A DNA stretch of 64,000 nucleotides. It comes from an uncultured Pseudomonadota bacterium (GTDB taxonomy: Bacteria > Oederibacteriota > Muellerivitia > Muellerivitales > Muellerivitaceae). The stretch's first letter is position 1, and each line of letters begins with the position of its first letter. Below the pieces are notes generated by a model that worked only from the letters and a program-made list of their open reading frames with translations, was not told the origin of the DNA and did not search any database. The position numbers and the translations under genes were made by a program. Positions 1 through 9,400 of the stretch are shown here, piece after piece. The stretch is from the NCBI GenBank assembly GCA_963770835.1, contig CAVYRH010000008.1:1-64000 (forward strand), in the 5' to 3' direction.

Positions 1-2914
1 GCGTGGCAGTGGGCGTGTAGGTTGGCGTTTCCGTGGCAGTATTTATGAGGGTATTGGTGGGCGTGAAAGACGGCGTGAACGTATCGGTGTTGGTGGGTGT
101 ATTAGTCGGCGTCAAGGTCGGCGTCACGGTCGGAGTATTGGTGGGCGTGGGTGTATTCGTGTTGGTAGCGGAAGGAATTGGGGTATTGGTGGGAGTAGAA
201 GTATCGGTGGCGGTGGGCGTGCTCGTGGGCGTGAAGGTCGGTGTCACGGTAGGGCTGTTGGTCGGCGTATTGGTGGGTGTGGGTGTGGCCGTATTGGTCG
301 AACTGGAGGTGGGGGTGTAAGTATCGGTCAAGGTTGGAGTGGCGGTGGGTGTATTGGTCGGCGTATTTGTGGGGGTGTTGACCCCGGTATTAGTGGGTGT
401 TGCGGTCGATGTGTTCGTTGGGGTATTGGTGGGTGTCTTCGTCGGGGTCATGGTGAAAGTGTTTGTAGGGGTGAGGGTATTTGTTGGAGTGGGCGTATTT
501 GTGGAAGTATTGGTAACGCTAGGGGTTGGAGTATTCGTCGGCGTGTTCGTCGGCGTACGTGTGGGAGTAATCGTAGGAGTATTTGTCGGGGTGAAAGTGG
601 GGGTCAGGGTTGGGGTATTGGTGGGTGTATAGGTATTGGTTTTGGTGGGAGTATTTGTGGGGGTGTTGGTAGGCGTAAAGGTATCAGTAACAGTCGGGGT
701 ATTAGTGGGGGTAAAGGTCGGGGTTAGGGTGGGACTATTCGTTGGGGTAAAGGTAGGAGTAGGAGTTGGAGAATTGGTGGGAGTATTTGTGGGGGTGTAC
801 GTATCGGTAACCGTTGGGGTGTTCGTGGGAGTATTCGTGGTGCAGCCGGTGACCGAGACCACCTCGGAATTAGATGTAACTGGCCCTTGGCCGTTGGCGG
901 CGATGACGGAGGTATTCGTTATGGCATCGCCGGGAGGGCAGCCCACTATTCCCCACCAGGTAATGGCACCTGAGGCGCCGTAAATGGTGCCAGGATCGCT
1001 CCAGGTAAGGGTAGATCCATTGGTAAAGTTGAAGGAAACCCCCGCGCCTTCTCCCACCGTGGTCTCCCCACTATAGGTAACGCCTGGGGGAACCGGATCC
1101 GTAAGAGTCGTATTGACTATCGCATCGGCCGTATAAAGGCTCATGTTCGAATAATAGTCCGTCCCAGCGGTGGGATCTGCCTGCCAGCCGAAGCTGGTCG
1201 GCATGCTGCAAAGGCAAGTCTGTTCGGAAGCCGGCACCGTATAGTTATAACTATAGGCCACAATCTTCGAGGGGTCTCCTTTGGGCCAAACGGAAATATT
1301 GATTTGAAGAACCCCGCCCACATACCTTACGGTCGCTTGCATGGTATACCAAACCCCCGCTGTAAGGGCGTAAGGGGTGTTGAAGTTGTTTCCCGTCCCC
1401 AACATGGTTCCGTTGTCCTGGAGGAAAATATTGGCTGGGGCGGGATCAAGGGAAATGCCGGCCACTATACCGATGGTCGTTGGACCGCAGACACCATAGG
1501 CCAAAACCATGGTCGCGTCCGCTGTAGGCGGATTAGAAATGGCTCCCGGAGCGTTCACGGGAATTTCCATGTCCCCTTGCAAAACATAGGCCGTGCCGCT
1601 GCAAAGACTGATGGGGCTGTTTCTTAACAAGGATGGATAAGCGCAACCGCTGCTGCAGGAACTGGTGCTGGAACAGGCATCTATGTAATGGTCCCCCGTG
1701 CTGGTCGTCGTAATATCCCAGGTAGGCGACCCACAACTGCCGGTTCCGACAGTCGTATAGCCCGAACCGTTGAAACCCGTGTTGCCTGGCCCCCCCACGA
1801 TGGAAGTATTATTCGTCCCGGAAGGGTTATTGTCGTAGGAATCGTAAAATTGAAGACTGGACTGGTTGATGTTATAGGACAAGGTATAGGTTTCCGTCTG
1901 GCCCTTGGCCAAGGTGGAGGCGGTCTCCCCCTTTTGCAGAGTAAAGCCGCCTTGCGTCGAATTGGCCGTGACCGCATTGGTGGCCACGCTGGCGGAAGTG
2001 CTTCCGATGGGGGAATATTTTGCGGTGTTGCTGATGGCGGTTCCAGAGGTGACGCCCGTGTTCACTTGGACCAGCATCCAAGCCGAGCCGGTAGTGACGG
2101 TGGCTGGACTGTTGTTAGGCGGAAAAACCCAAGAGATGGCCGAACCCGCAATGGTTCCGGTATAACCATATCCGGGAACCCCGCCATTTGTTCCCGGACC
2201 GGCCGAAACCAGGGTGGTGTTGGCGGGAATAGTGTCGGTCACGACAAAGTCGCTTGAATCATTCACATAGCTGTAATTGACCGAAAACAAAAGCAAGTCG
2301 CCGGCCGATGCCGTGGGGCCTTGAACTGTTTTGACGGCCGTGACCGCGGAAGTGGTACAGGGGACAGTGATCGAAGCAAATCCATTGATATTACCGTTTT
2401 GACAGCTTTGGTAGCTGGCTGAACCCGCCACCACAACGTTGAAAGTCCCGCAATAGTCCGCCAAACCTTGGGGAAGAGTTTCCACGAAAGTGACTGGACC
2501 GCAAATGGGGGTGTTGTTTCCCGTCGGGACGTCATTCATGTCAAAACCGGCCCCTGTGCCGGGCAATCCCCCACCGTAAAAGGATCCCAAGGACTGGTCC
2601 TGTTGGGTGGTTCCATTGTAATCCACCCAAAAATAACTGCCCAAAATTGGAACCGAACAGGCAGGCATGGTGGTATAGCCGTTGGCGTTGATGTTCATCA
2701 ATAGGATGGTGCTGTTATTGGGGTTCGTACAGTAGTTGACCACGACCGTGACGGGCTCGGCGAAACTCGTGAGTGTCGGGTTCAAAACAGTCACTATGGG
2801 ATTTGCACCGTTTGCGCTCTGAGCGAACGCCCAAGCCGGCATCAAGAGCAAAACCGCTGCCAACCATAGGAAGCGGTAACAAACGGATAAATTTGCAAGA
2901 CAAGGTTTCTTCAT
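1..2914 (-). CDS. Large secreted/surface protein (>=971 aa, runs off the window): signal peptide, DUF11-like repeats, long Thr/Pro-rich stalk
   Basis: Not in the ORF track because it has no stop in the window. ATG at 2914 after a purine-rich RBS (AAGTAGGGAAGA). Reads [32 protein letters not shown] (signal peptide), has DUF11-like motifs [13 protein letters not shown] and [11 protein letters not shown], then TNTPT repeats from about 840 to 1. Frame spot-checked at several points. Confidence 0.85.
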   Translation of the reverse strand, partial: MKKPCLANLSVCYRFLWLAAVLLLMPAWAFAQSANGANPIVTVLNPTLTSFAEPVTVVVNYCTNPNNSTILLMNINANGYTTMPACSVPILGSYFWVDYNGTTQQDQSLGSFYGGGLPGTGAGFDMNDVPTGNNTPICGPVTFVETLPQGLADYCGTFNVVVAGSASYQSCQNGNINGFASITVPCTTSAVTAVKTVQGPTASAGDLLLFSVNYSYVNDSSDFVVTDTIPANTTLVSAGPGTNGGVPGYGYTGTIAGSAISWVFPPNNSPATVTTGSAWMLVQVNTGVTSGTAISNTAKYSPIGSTSASVATNAVTANSTQGGFTLQKGETASTLAKGQTETYTLSYNINQSSLQFYDSYDNNPSGTNNTSIVGGPGNTGFNGSGYTTVGTGSCGSPTWDITTTSTGDHYIDACSSTSSCSSGCAYPSLLRNSPISLCSGTAYVLQGDMEIPVNAPGAISNPPTADATMVLAYGVCGPTTIGIVAGISLDPAPANIFLQDNGTMLGTGNNFNTPYALTAGVWYTMQATVRYVGGVLQINISVWPKGDPSKIVAYSYNYTVPASEQTCLCSMPTSFGWQADPTAGTDYYSNMSLYTADAIVNTTLTDPVPPGVTYSGETTVGEGAGVSFNFTNGSTLTWSDPGTIYGASGAITWWGIVGCPPGDAITNTSVIAANGQGPVTSNSEVVSVTGCTTNTPTNTPTVTDTYTPTNTPTNSPTPTPTFTPTNSPTLTPTFTPTNTPTVTDTFTPTNTPTNTPTKTNTYTPTNTPTLTPTFTPTNTPTITPTRTPTNTPTNTPTPSVTNTSTNTPTPTNTLTPTNTFTMTPTKTPTNTPTNTSTATPTNTGVNTPTNTPTNTPTATPTLTDTYTPTSSSTNTATPTPTNTPTNSPTVTPTFTPTSTPTATDTSTPTNTPIPSATNTNTPTPTNTPTVTPTLTPTNTPTNTDTFTPSFTPTNTLINTATETPTYTPTAT

Positions 2915-2934
2915 TCTTCCCTACTTGATGGAAT

Positions 2935-2947
2935 AAAGCGCTTTCTT
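2935..2947. promoter_or_regulatory. Candidate LacI-family operator AAAGCGCTTTCTT
   Basis: Palindromic core AAAGCGCTTT with a central CG, 20 bp upstream of ATG 2914; the same 13-mer occurs at 10867-10879. Confidence 0.5.
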
Positions 2948-2984
2948 CGAAACGGTTGCGCGGGTGAAGTTTAACCAAGAATAG

Positions 2985-3000
2985 AGCAATTTCCATACCT
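2985..3000 (-). promoter_or_regulatory. Candidate sigma54 (-24/-12) promoter
   Basis: Minus strand AGGTATGGAAATTGCT: GG-N10-GC, close to TGGCAC-N5-TTGCW, about 70 bp upstream of ATG 2914. Confidence 0.55.
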
Positions 3001-3263
3001 TTTTTATGTTAAAGGCCCGTTAGTTGAAAATTTAAATCAGGGGTTTTCACGGAAAACTATTGATATAAATTGTCGAATCTAATTCAAAAAGAAAAGTTGT
3101 AAGTAATTAAACAATTTATAGTCCAATTCCGACAATGACTTAGATCACCGAAAATTGTTTTTAGTCGAACCGGTTCGAATGAACATGACACAAAAGGGGC
3201 AAGCCGGAAACCTTATTCCTTTTTTACAGAACTGCTTTAATAAGATGTATTAGGGAAGGATAA

Positions 3264-3826
3264 ATGAAGCTACTCCCCGGGCTAAAGCCCGGGGTTTCAG
3301 CCTTTCAGCATACTTTGGTCATGCTGTTGCTCCCGGATATACTTGCGAATCATTTCTTCCTGCACCGTACCTATACTTTCCGCAAAATACCCGTCCGCCC
3401 AAAAACTATCGCCCCAAAGGAACTCCTGCAAAGCTGGAAATTCTTCCCTTATCTTGATACTTGTCCCACCTTTTAGAATCTGTACTACTTTGGCTACACT
3501 CACCCTTGGCTCAACCTGGATCAGCATATGCACGTGATCTCGTTGAATATTTAACTCGTGGATTTCCCATCGGTTTACTTGGGCCGCCTCTTTAAACAGC
3601 TCCTGCAGGCGGACGGCTATTTTGCTATCCAAGACTCGCTTCCGGTACTTCGGTATCCAAACGAGATGAAATTGCAGACGGTGCTTGGTGTGTGCCCCTA
3701 CCCAGTATTTTGACATGACCAAAGCATGCCATATTTTATGGCCTGCGGCCCGACAAAAAACCTGTCGGGCCTCCGGGCAGCCATTCATCCCCAGGCTTAA
3801 AAGCCTGGGGTTTTCTGGCAAGTTTT
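3264..3826 (-). mobile_element. IS200/IS605-family element, TnpA only
   Basis: Subterminal hairpins CCCCGGGCT-AA-AGCCCGGGG (3275-3294) and CCCCAGGCTT-AA-AAGCCTGGGG (3789-3810) flank tnpA. The right end reads ...TTCAT on the minus strand. The left boundary is approximate. Confidence 0.8.
3297..3716 (-). CDS. tnpA: Y1 (HUH) transposase
   Basis: MSKYWVGAHTKHRLQFHLVWIPKYRKRVL, HUH motif DHVHMLI, LKGGTS, FWADGYFAESIG, catalytic Tyr in KYIREQ; ATG at 3716. Confidence 0.93.
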   Translation of the reverse strand: MSKYWVGAHTKHRLQFHLVWIPKYRKRVLDSKIAVRLQELFKEAAQVNRWEIHELNIQRDHVHMLIQVEPRVSVAKVVQILKGGTSIKIREEFPALQEFLWGDSFWADGYFAESIGTVQEEMIRKYIREQQHDQSMLKG

Positions 3827-3861
3827 ATAAATTCAATAGATTAGGAAATAGCTGCTGATGG

Positions 3862-6078
3862 TTAAAGGATCAATGCCTTCTCCAAAATTTCCTCGGTCAT
3901 CCCACGGCTTTTCATGATCACGTGAAGCTTATGTCGAAGAATCGGCATGCGTTTCGCCAAGTCCCGGAGTTCCTTAGAGGAAATAACCAGGGTGGTGACG
4001 TCGGTCAAGGCCTGGACATTGGCGTTGCGTTTGTCGGCATATCCCATCGCCACATTCTCCCCGAAGAAGTCGCCCGCTTTCAGCTCTGTGGAAAAAGTGA
4101 CCCGGCCATGTTCGTTTTTTCTGAAGATCTCCACTCGCCCAGTGGAAATAATATAAAAATCCTCCGTCTTGCTTCCTTGCCGCACAATCATCTCGTCTTT
4201 GGCGAAGGTCTGGTTTTTTGCCAACAGGGAGATTTCGTGCTTGGCGGTGGGATCAAGGTCCCTAAAAAGAGCCACTGAAGAAATCAGGGGGCGTCGCTTC
4301 CAAAGGCTGGAGAAACTTTCTCGAAGGTCGTTCTTCTCGATGAATTCCAGGAACAAATCCCCCGCCAGCTTGAACAAAATGACCGGAGTCCGCGCCACGA
4401 CTGTCGCGTTGGTTTTTGAACGGTTTATGATCGACATCTCTCCAAAAAAATCCCCACTCTCCAGCGTAGCCAAAAGAGGGTCTTTTTTGTTCTCGGGATC
4501 CAAAACCTCCAGAGTTCCTGAGAGAATGAAATAAAAAGAATCACCCTCCTGTCCCTTCCGGACAACTTCGTACCGGTTGGGGAGCTCCACCACTTCACCA
4601 AGAGAAAACAAAACGTTGATCCAACTGGAATCCCGTACTTCAAAAAGCTTTAACGTTTGGAGCACTCCCGTATAAACGGACTGGGGAAAGTGGCGTTCCT
4701 TCAAGAAGGTCTTTCCCCATCCAGGTCGGGCCACTTGGTATTTGGCTGTGTCGACCTTGGAGGGATTCACATGGTAAAAAAGAAATTCCGTTTGGGGATG
4801 GTGGGAGATGGCCGCGTCCCAATCTGACGGGTCGCCGTGGATCAGGCCTCCACCGGCATCGATCATGGCCAGACGCTCGTCGCCTTTTACGAGATTTTTC
4901 ATCCGTTCGAAATGATCCAGGCTGACCGCACCGTCCTTCACCAGTTGTTCCATCCCCTTAAAATGGTCCAAATCACTGGAATGAAGAAGGGTGTGGGGCA
5001 TTCCCTTCTCATCCGGGACCGTGACCCGGAAACCCATCGTGGGAATGGAATGCACCGTGTAAAAGAATTCCCAGGCGGCCCCGAACATTCGGTAGGTCTT
5101 GCCCGGGATGACTTCGGTGAACTTTACCATCGATCTCACCACCTCCACCGGTTCGTCGATGATATGGGCCACCTTGAGTAACGTGCATTCGTAGATTTCC
5201 CTCGTCGTGATAAGCGTGAAGGCGTGCTCGGACAGCATCAATTCGCTTAAAGCGCAATGGTCATCGTGCACATGGGTCTGGATAATGGCGGCAAGCCGGT
5301 CCTTGGCCACGCCCACCTGTTTCAGGTACTTGCTAATGCCAGCCGGGGAATCAATAAGCAGGCCGTTCCCGTTGACCCACAACAGCATGCCGGTGGTGGG
5401 CCCCTCGGGGTCGAAACCCGTATAGGAACCCAGCACTTTCAAACGGAAGGCTTCGGGTTTTTCTACTTCCCCCGTAAGGTCCACCAAAGGCGGCAACTGT
5501 TCGCCTTCGAAATTCAGGTCAATGGGGTGTATTTCCCCTCTGTCCGAGACTTCATAGCGGTTGTTTCCCATCCGCCGGATCAAATAATCCCTAGAGTCGG
5601 CAAAAATCGGGACCCATACTTCCCCCTCCTCGTCGGGTAGGTGGACGAATTCGAACAGGTCCTCGATAGGTTGGACTTCCCCGTTTTTTCGGATGGCCAT
5701 TCCCTCGGCCATGTCGGCCAGCATCTCAATCCGGGCCTTTCCCAATCCCCACTTTTTCATATCGATCCGGCTGGGCCCCAAGAGGGTAATCCGAAGGATG
5801 TCATAAAGCTGTTCGCACATCTTGCGCGTACCCAAAACGCGGAACTTCTTCCCCAGCTGGTAGCCCTGGTCAATAAATAAAAACCAATATCCTAAGAACT
5901 CGAAGGCCATTTGAGAAACGCCGTTTTTATGGGAAAGGTCGGGCAAAATCCCGACGTGGGGGATTTTCTTCTTTTGTTTAAGGAGGGCTTTCAGGATTTC
6001 AGGGGGACTTCCCAATAAGGCACTGTTGGAAGGTCCTTCCAGGTGGTAACAACCCGGGGCTACGGAACTGATGTGCAT
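3862..6078 (-). CDS. MBL-fold metallohydrolase fused to two cyclic-nucleotide-binding domains (putative cNMP phosphodiesterase)
   Basis: THVHDDH (HxHxDH), HSIPT and SSD motifs; two cNMP domains (GDFFGEMS..NATV and GDFFGENV..RNANV); ATG 6078 with GAAGGAG RBS. Confidence 0.85.
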   Translation of the reverse strand: MHISSVAPGCYHLEGPSNSALLGSPPEILKALLKQKKKIPHVGILPDLSHKNGVSQMAFEFLGYWFLFIDQGYQLGKKFRVLGTRKMCEQLYDILRITLLGPSRIDMKKWGLGKARIEMLADMAEGMAIRKNGEVQPIEDLFEFVHLPDEEGEVWVPIFADSRDYLIRRMGNNRYEVSDRGEIHPIDLNFEGEQLPPLVDLTGEVEKPEAFRLKVLGSYTGFDPEGPTTGMLLWVNGNGLLIDSPAGISKYLKQVGVAKDRLAAIIQTHVHDDHCALSELMLSEHAFTLITTREIYECTLLKVAHIIDEPVEVVRSMVKFTEVIPGKTYRMFGAAWEFFYTVHSIPTMGFRVTVPDEKGMPHTLLHSSDLDHFKGMEQLVKDGAVSLDHFERMKNLVKGDERLAMIDAGGGLIHGDPSDWDAAISHHPQTEFLFYHVNPSKVDTAKYQVARPGWGKTFLKERHFPQSVYTGVLQTLKLFEVRDSSWINVLFSLGEVVELPNRYEVVRKGQEGDSFYFILSGTLEVLDPENKKDPLLATLESGDFFGEMSIINRSKTNATVVARTPVILFKLAGDLFLEFIEKNDLRESFSSLWKRRPLISSVALFRDLDPTAKHEISLLAKNQTFAKDEMIVRQGSKTEDFYIISTGRVEIFRKNEHGRVTFSTELKAGDFFGENVAMGYADKRNANVQALTDVTTLVISSKELRDLAKRMPILRHKLHVIMKSRGMTEEILEKALIL

Positions 6079-6440
6079 TGGAACTCCTTCGCTTACCTTA
6101 CTTTGCCGTCGTAACAACTACCGCCGGATTTCAGGAAGCCATTGGGTCCCACCCCGTTCAAAGAGGGCTTACTTCTTTCAGTCATTTGAACAATGTGGAT
6201 AGGGATCGTTTAATTAATATAAAAGAAAGATTCGTAAGGTTCAATAAATTTAGGCCGTTTCCGGGGCAATTTATTGGGGTCAGGATTTTGGGTTGGGCGT
6301 GAGGGGCCCCACACAACCCATGGTGGAATTAACCATGATCAGGAAGTCTCAAATCGGTGGTCTAGAACTTTAAATTAACACCATTCCGGTTTAGACAAAA
6401 ACCAGGGATAAGCTTTTGTGGAGTACTGAGAACTCAGGTT

Positions 6441-9400
6441 TTAGCGTAACAGGAGAAGTTTTGCGATGGTACGTTGGGAACCGTCAACTGTAATGACCAC
6501 ATAATAAAGGCCGCTGGCCAGGGGGTTACCCCAGTCGTCCTGCATGAACACTTTTTGTGGGCCATTTGGAATTGAGAAATAAGTCTTCTCCTGCACTCTC
6601 CGGAAAGCCGTAGTAAAGAGCTGAATTTTGACATCGGCTGTTCCCGGGAAGGTCGGCGGCAATACGTTAACCGGCCCGCCATTCGAGGGGTTGGGATAAA
6701 CCACCGGAGTCGTAACCGGCTGGGGTGTCGAAGTAACCGTCACAGTCGGGCTCAACGTGGGGGTAGAAGTCGGATGTGTCACGGTTATGGTGGCTCCAGC
6801 CACCGGCAAACCGGTGAATTGCGCCGCCTGCCCGTTATTCCCACTAGCCCCTGTCACGTTGAACATGTAGGTTCCGCTGGCATTCGTTCCAAAGTTAGCC
6901 GTCACCGTGTAAGTCACTCCGGAAGAAGCCGGCAAAGTCCCGTTGAAAACGAAGGTCGCCACCGACCCAGAGAAGCTTGTTGTGGCAATCGGCGCTCCAT
7001 TAGCCCACAAAATCACGCTAGTGATGTTAGCCGAGCTCCCTGTCCCCGATACCGAGAGAGTCAACGATGTCATGCTAATCACCGAGGCGCTGGGGTTCGT
7101 CAACAAAACCTGTTGAACCGCTACGTTGGTAGCCCCGGACTGCTGGTTGGAGTTGACCGGCGGGTTAGGCCCTTGGGATGCCGTCACTATCACTGCCGTC
7201 GGAATAGCCGTCGGAGTGTTTGAAACCGTTGAGGTCGTTGTCGAGGTGGGTGTGTTCGTAGGCGTGAAAGTGGGAGTGGCTGTGTTTACCAGGGTATTCG
7301 TGGGTGCGGAAGTGGGTGTAAGGGTTGTCGTATTGGTGGGAGTTCCCGTGTTCACGAGGGTTTCGGTAGGTGTGCCCGTCGGGGTATCGGACGTCGTCAA
7401 GGTGGCCGTCATCGTGGCGGTGGAAGTAGCGCTATTCGTAGAGGTCGCCGTCGCCGACAACGTGTAGGTATTCGTGGCGGTGTTCGTTGCTGTGCGGGTG
7501 GCCGTGTTGGTGGCCGTATTCGTGGGGGTATCCGTAACTGTAGCGGTAGTTGTTTTGGTGGTTGTCAAGGTTGGGGTGGAGCTCGGCGTTAACGTGGGGG
7601 AATCAGTAGCTGTAGGAAGGGTTCCAGTAGCGGTCGGTGTCGACGTTCCGGTATTGGTGGGAGTGCTCGTTATTGTGGAAGTGGCTGTGTTCGTGTCGGT
7701 ATTGGTCGCTGTCGCGGTTGGGGTGCGGGTGGTGGTATTAGTGGGGGTAAAGGTGGATGTGGACGTCGCTGTGTTGGTGGCCGTATTAGCCAGGGTATTG
7801 GTAGCGGTTGCCGAAGGGGTCATGGTGGGGGTTTTAGTGGGGCTGTTGGTGGGGGTATTGGTAGTCGTCGAAGTAACGGTCATAGTGGCAGTCTTAGTGG
7901 CTGTGGAGGTGGGTGTGCCCGTGTTGACCAGGGTAGCGGTGGCTGTTGCCATCGGAGTCGAGATGGTGGTTTGAGTGGGGCTATTGGTAGCAGTAGAAGT
8001 AGGCGTGCCCGTATTAACTAGAGTGTTGGTAGCTGTGGCGGTCGGGGTCAAGGTAGCGGTACGAGTGGGACTGCCGGTGACCGTGTTGGTGAGGGTATTG
8101 GTGGCGCTGGAAGTGGGCGTTCCCGTATTAACTAGAGTGTAGGTAGCCGTCGCCGTGGGAGTCGAGGTAACAGTTCTAGTGGGGCTATTGGTGGCCGTAT
8201 AAGTGAGGGTATTGGTAGCACTGGATGTGGGCGTACCCGTACTAAGCAGGGTATTGGTAGCCGTCGCTGTGGGCGTCAAGCTGGCCGTGCGAGTCGGTGA
8301 GTTGGTGGCTGTGCTGGTTGTTGAATTGGTAGCGGTATTGGAAACAGTATAGGTCGGACTATTCGTGAGGGTGGCAGTAGGTGTTTTCGACGCGGTATAA
8401 GTAGGAGTCGTGGTTGGGGTTTTCGAAGGCGTGGAAGTAGCGGTACTCGTTGGTGGAGGGTTATTAGTCATGATGCAGATGTTGTCCAAGGAAATAGTGA
8501 TGGGTCCCGTACCCGTCACCGCCGTCTGCCAGGACAACCCCGTTACCGCTGTCAAAGCCTCTGAAAGAGAAACAATCGAAGTTGCCGAACTCCATCCCTG
8601 AGTGAGCGAGGAGTAAGGGACAGTTATCTGCGTCCAACTGGTGGTGGATGCAAAAGTATAACCATAATAATTGCTGTCCGTGATAGGAGCGCTGTTGATA
8701 TTCACCCGCAAGGTGGTGGCAACGTTGGTCATGACGTAGAAACTCAACCCGCCCAACCAGCTCAAGTTTTCATCGGAGGCGGCAACCGCACCCTCCACGC
8801 CATAACCTCCAGTCACCGGATTCCCAGACGCTTGGAGGGCATAATTCCCCACTGCCCCCGGCGAAACAACCGTTATGGCGCTAAAGGTTCCACCCGACCA
8901 ACTGTAACCGTTAATCCCACTGCCAAGATTGTCCTCGGACGCACTATCCGTGGTAGCCACGTAGCCGTTCTCAAAATCATCAAAATTAAAACACTGGTAT
9001 GTCGCCGTGGGAGTAGCGGTCGGCCCCGGGGGAGTTGGCGTAGGCGTCGAGCTAGCCGTATTCGTGGGAGTGCTGGTAGGGCAGGTTCCCCTGAAACCAA
9101 AATTATCGAAATAAACTGTAGCCGTTCCAGCTGCGGCCGAGGCATAAACCGACAGGTCGATTTCACCCACCTTCGCCACGCTATAAGTCGACCCATTGGT
9201 ATAGGTGTACCCGTTGGGGGCCGCCACTGTTACTCCTGTGCCGAAAGCCGAAACCGGAATGGTGATCGTCTGCCAACCCGTGCTGGTAAGGGTAATCGGA
9301 TAAGGCGCCGAAGCCGCGGTTCCCACAGCATAAGTTGTGGTTCCCCCCGTGAATGTTTGAGCCGCCCCAGCCCCAGGTTCGTCCACTAGGAACGCCGCTA

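Noticed and set aside
33..983. Val/Gly-rich plus-strand ORFs
   Set aside because: Antisense shadows of the Thr/Pro codons of the minus-strand gene
3165..3178. TCGAACCGGTTCGA as a Gram-positive SOS box
   Set aside because: The spacer is 2 nt, not the 4 nt of GAAC-N4-GTTC, and no repair gene is adjacent
3717..3821. N-terminal extension of TnpA in the ORF track
   Set aside because: It runs through the IS left-end hairpins; family similarity starts at ATG 3716
7126..8601. Val-rich plus-strand ORFs and repeat-like DNA that could suggest a CRISPR or tandem array
   Set aside because: Low-complexity coding sequence of the Thr stalk; no fixed repeat with unique spacers
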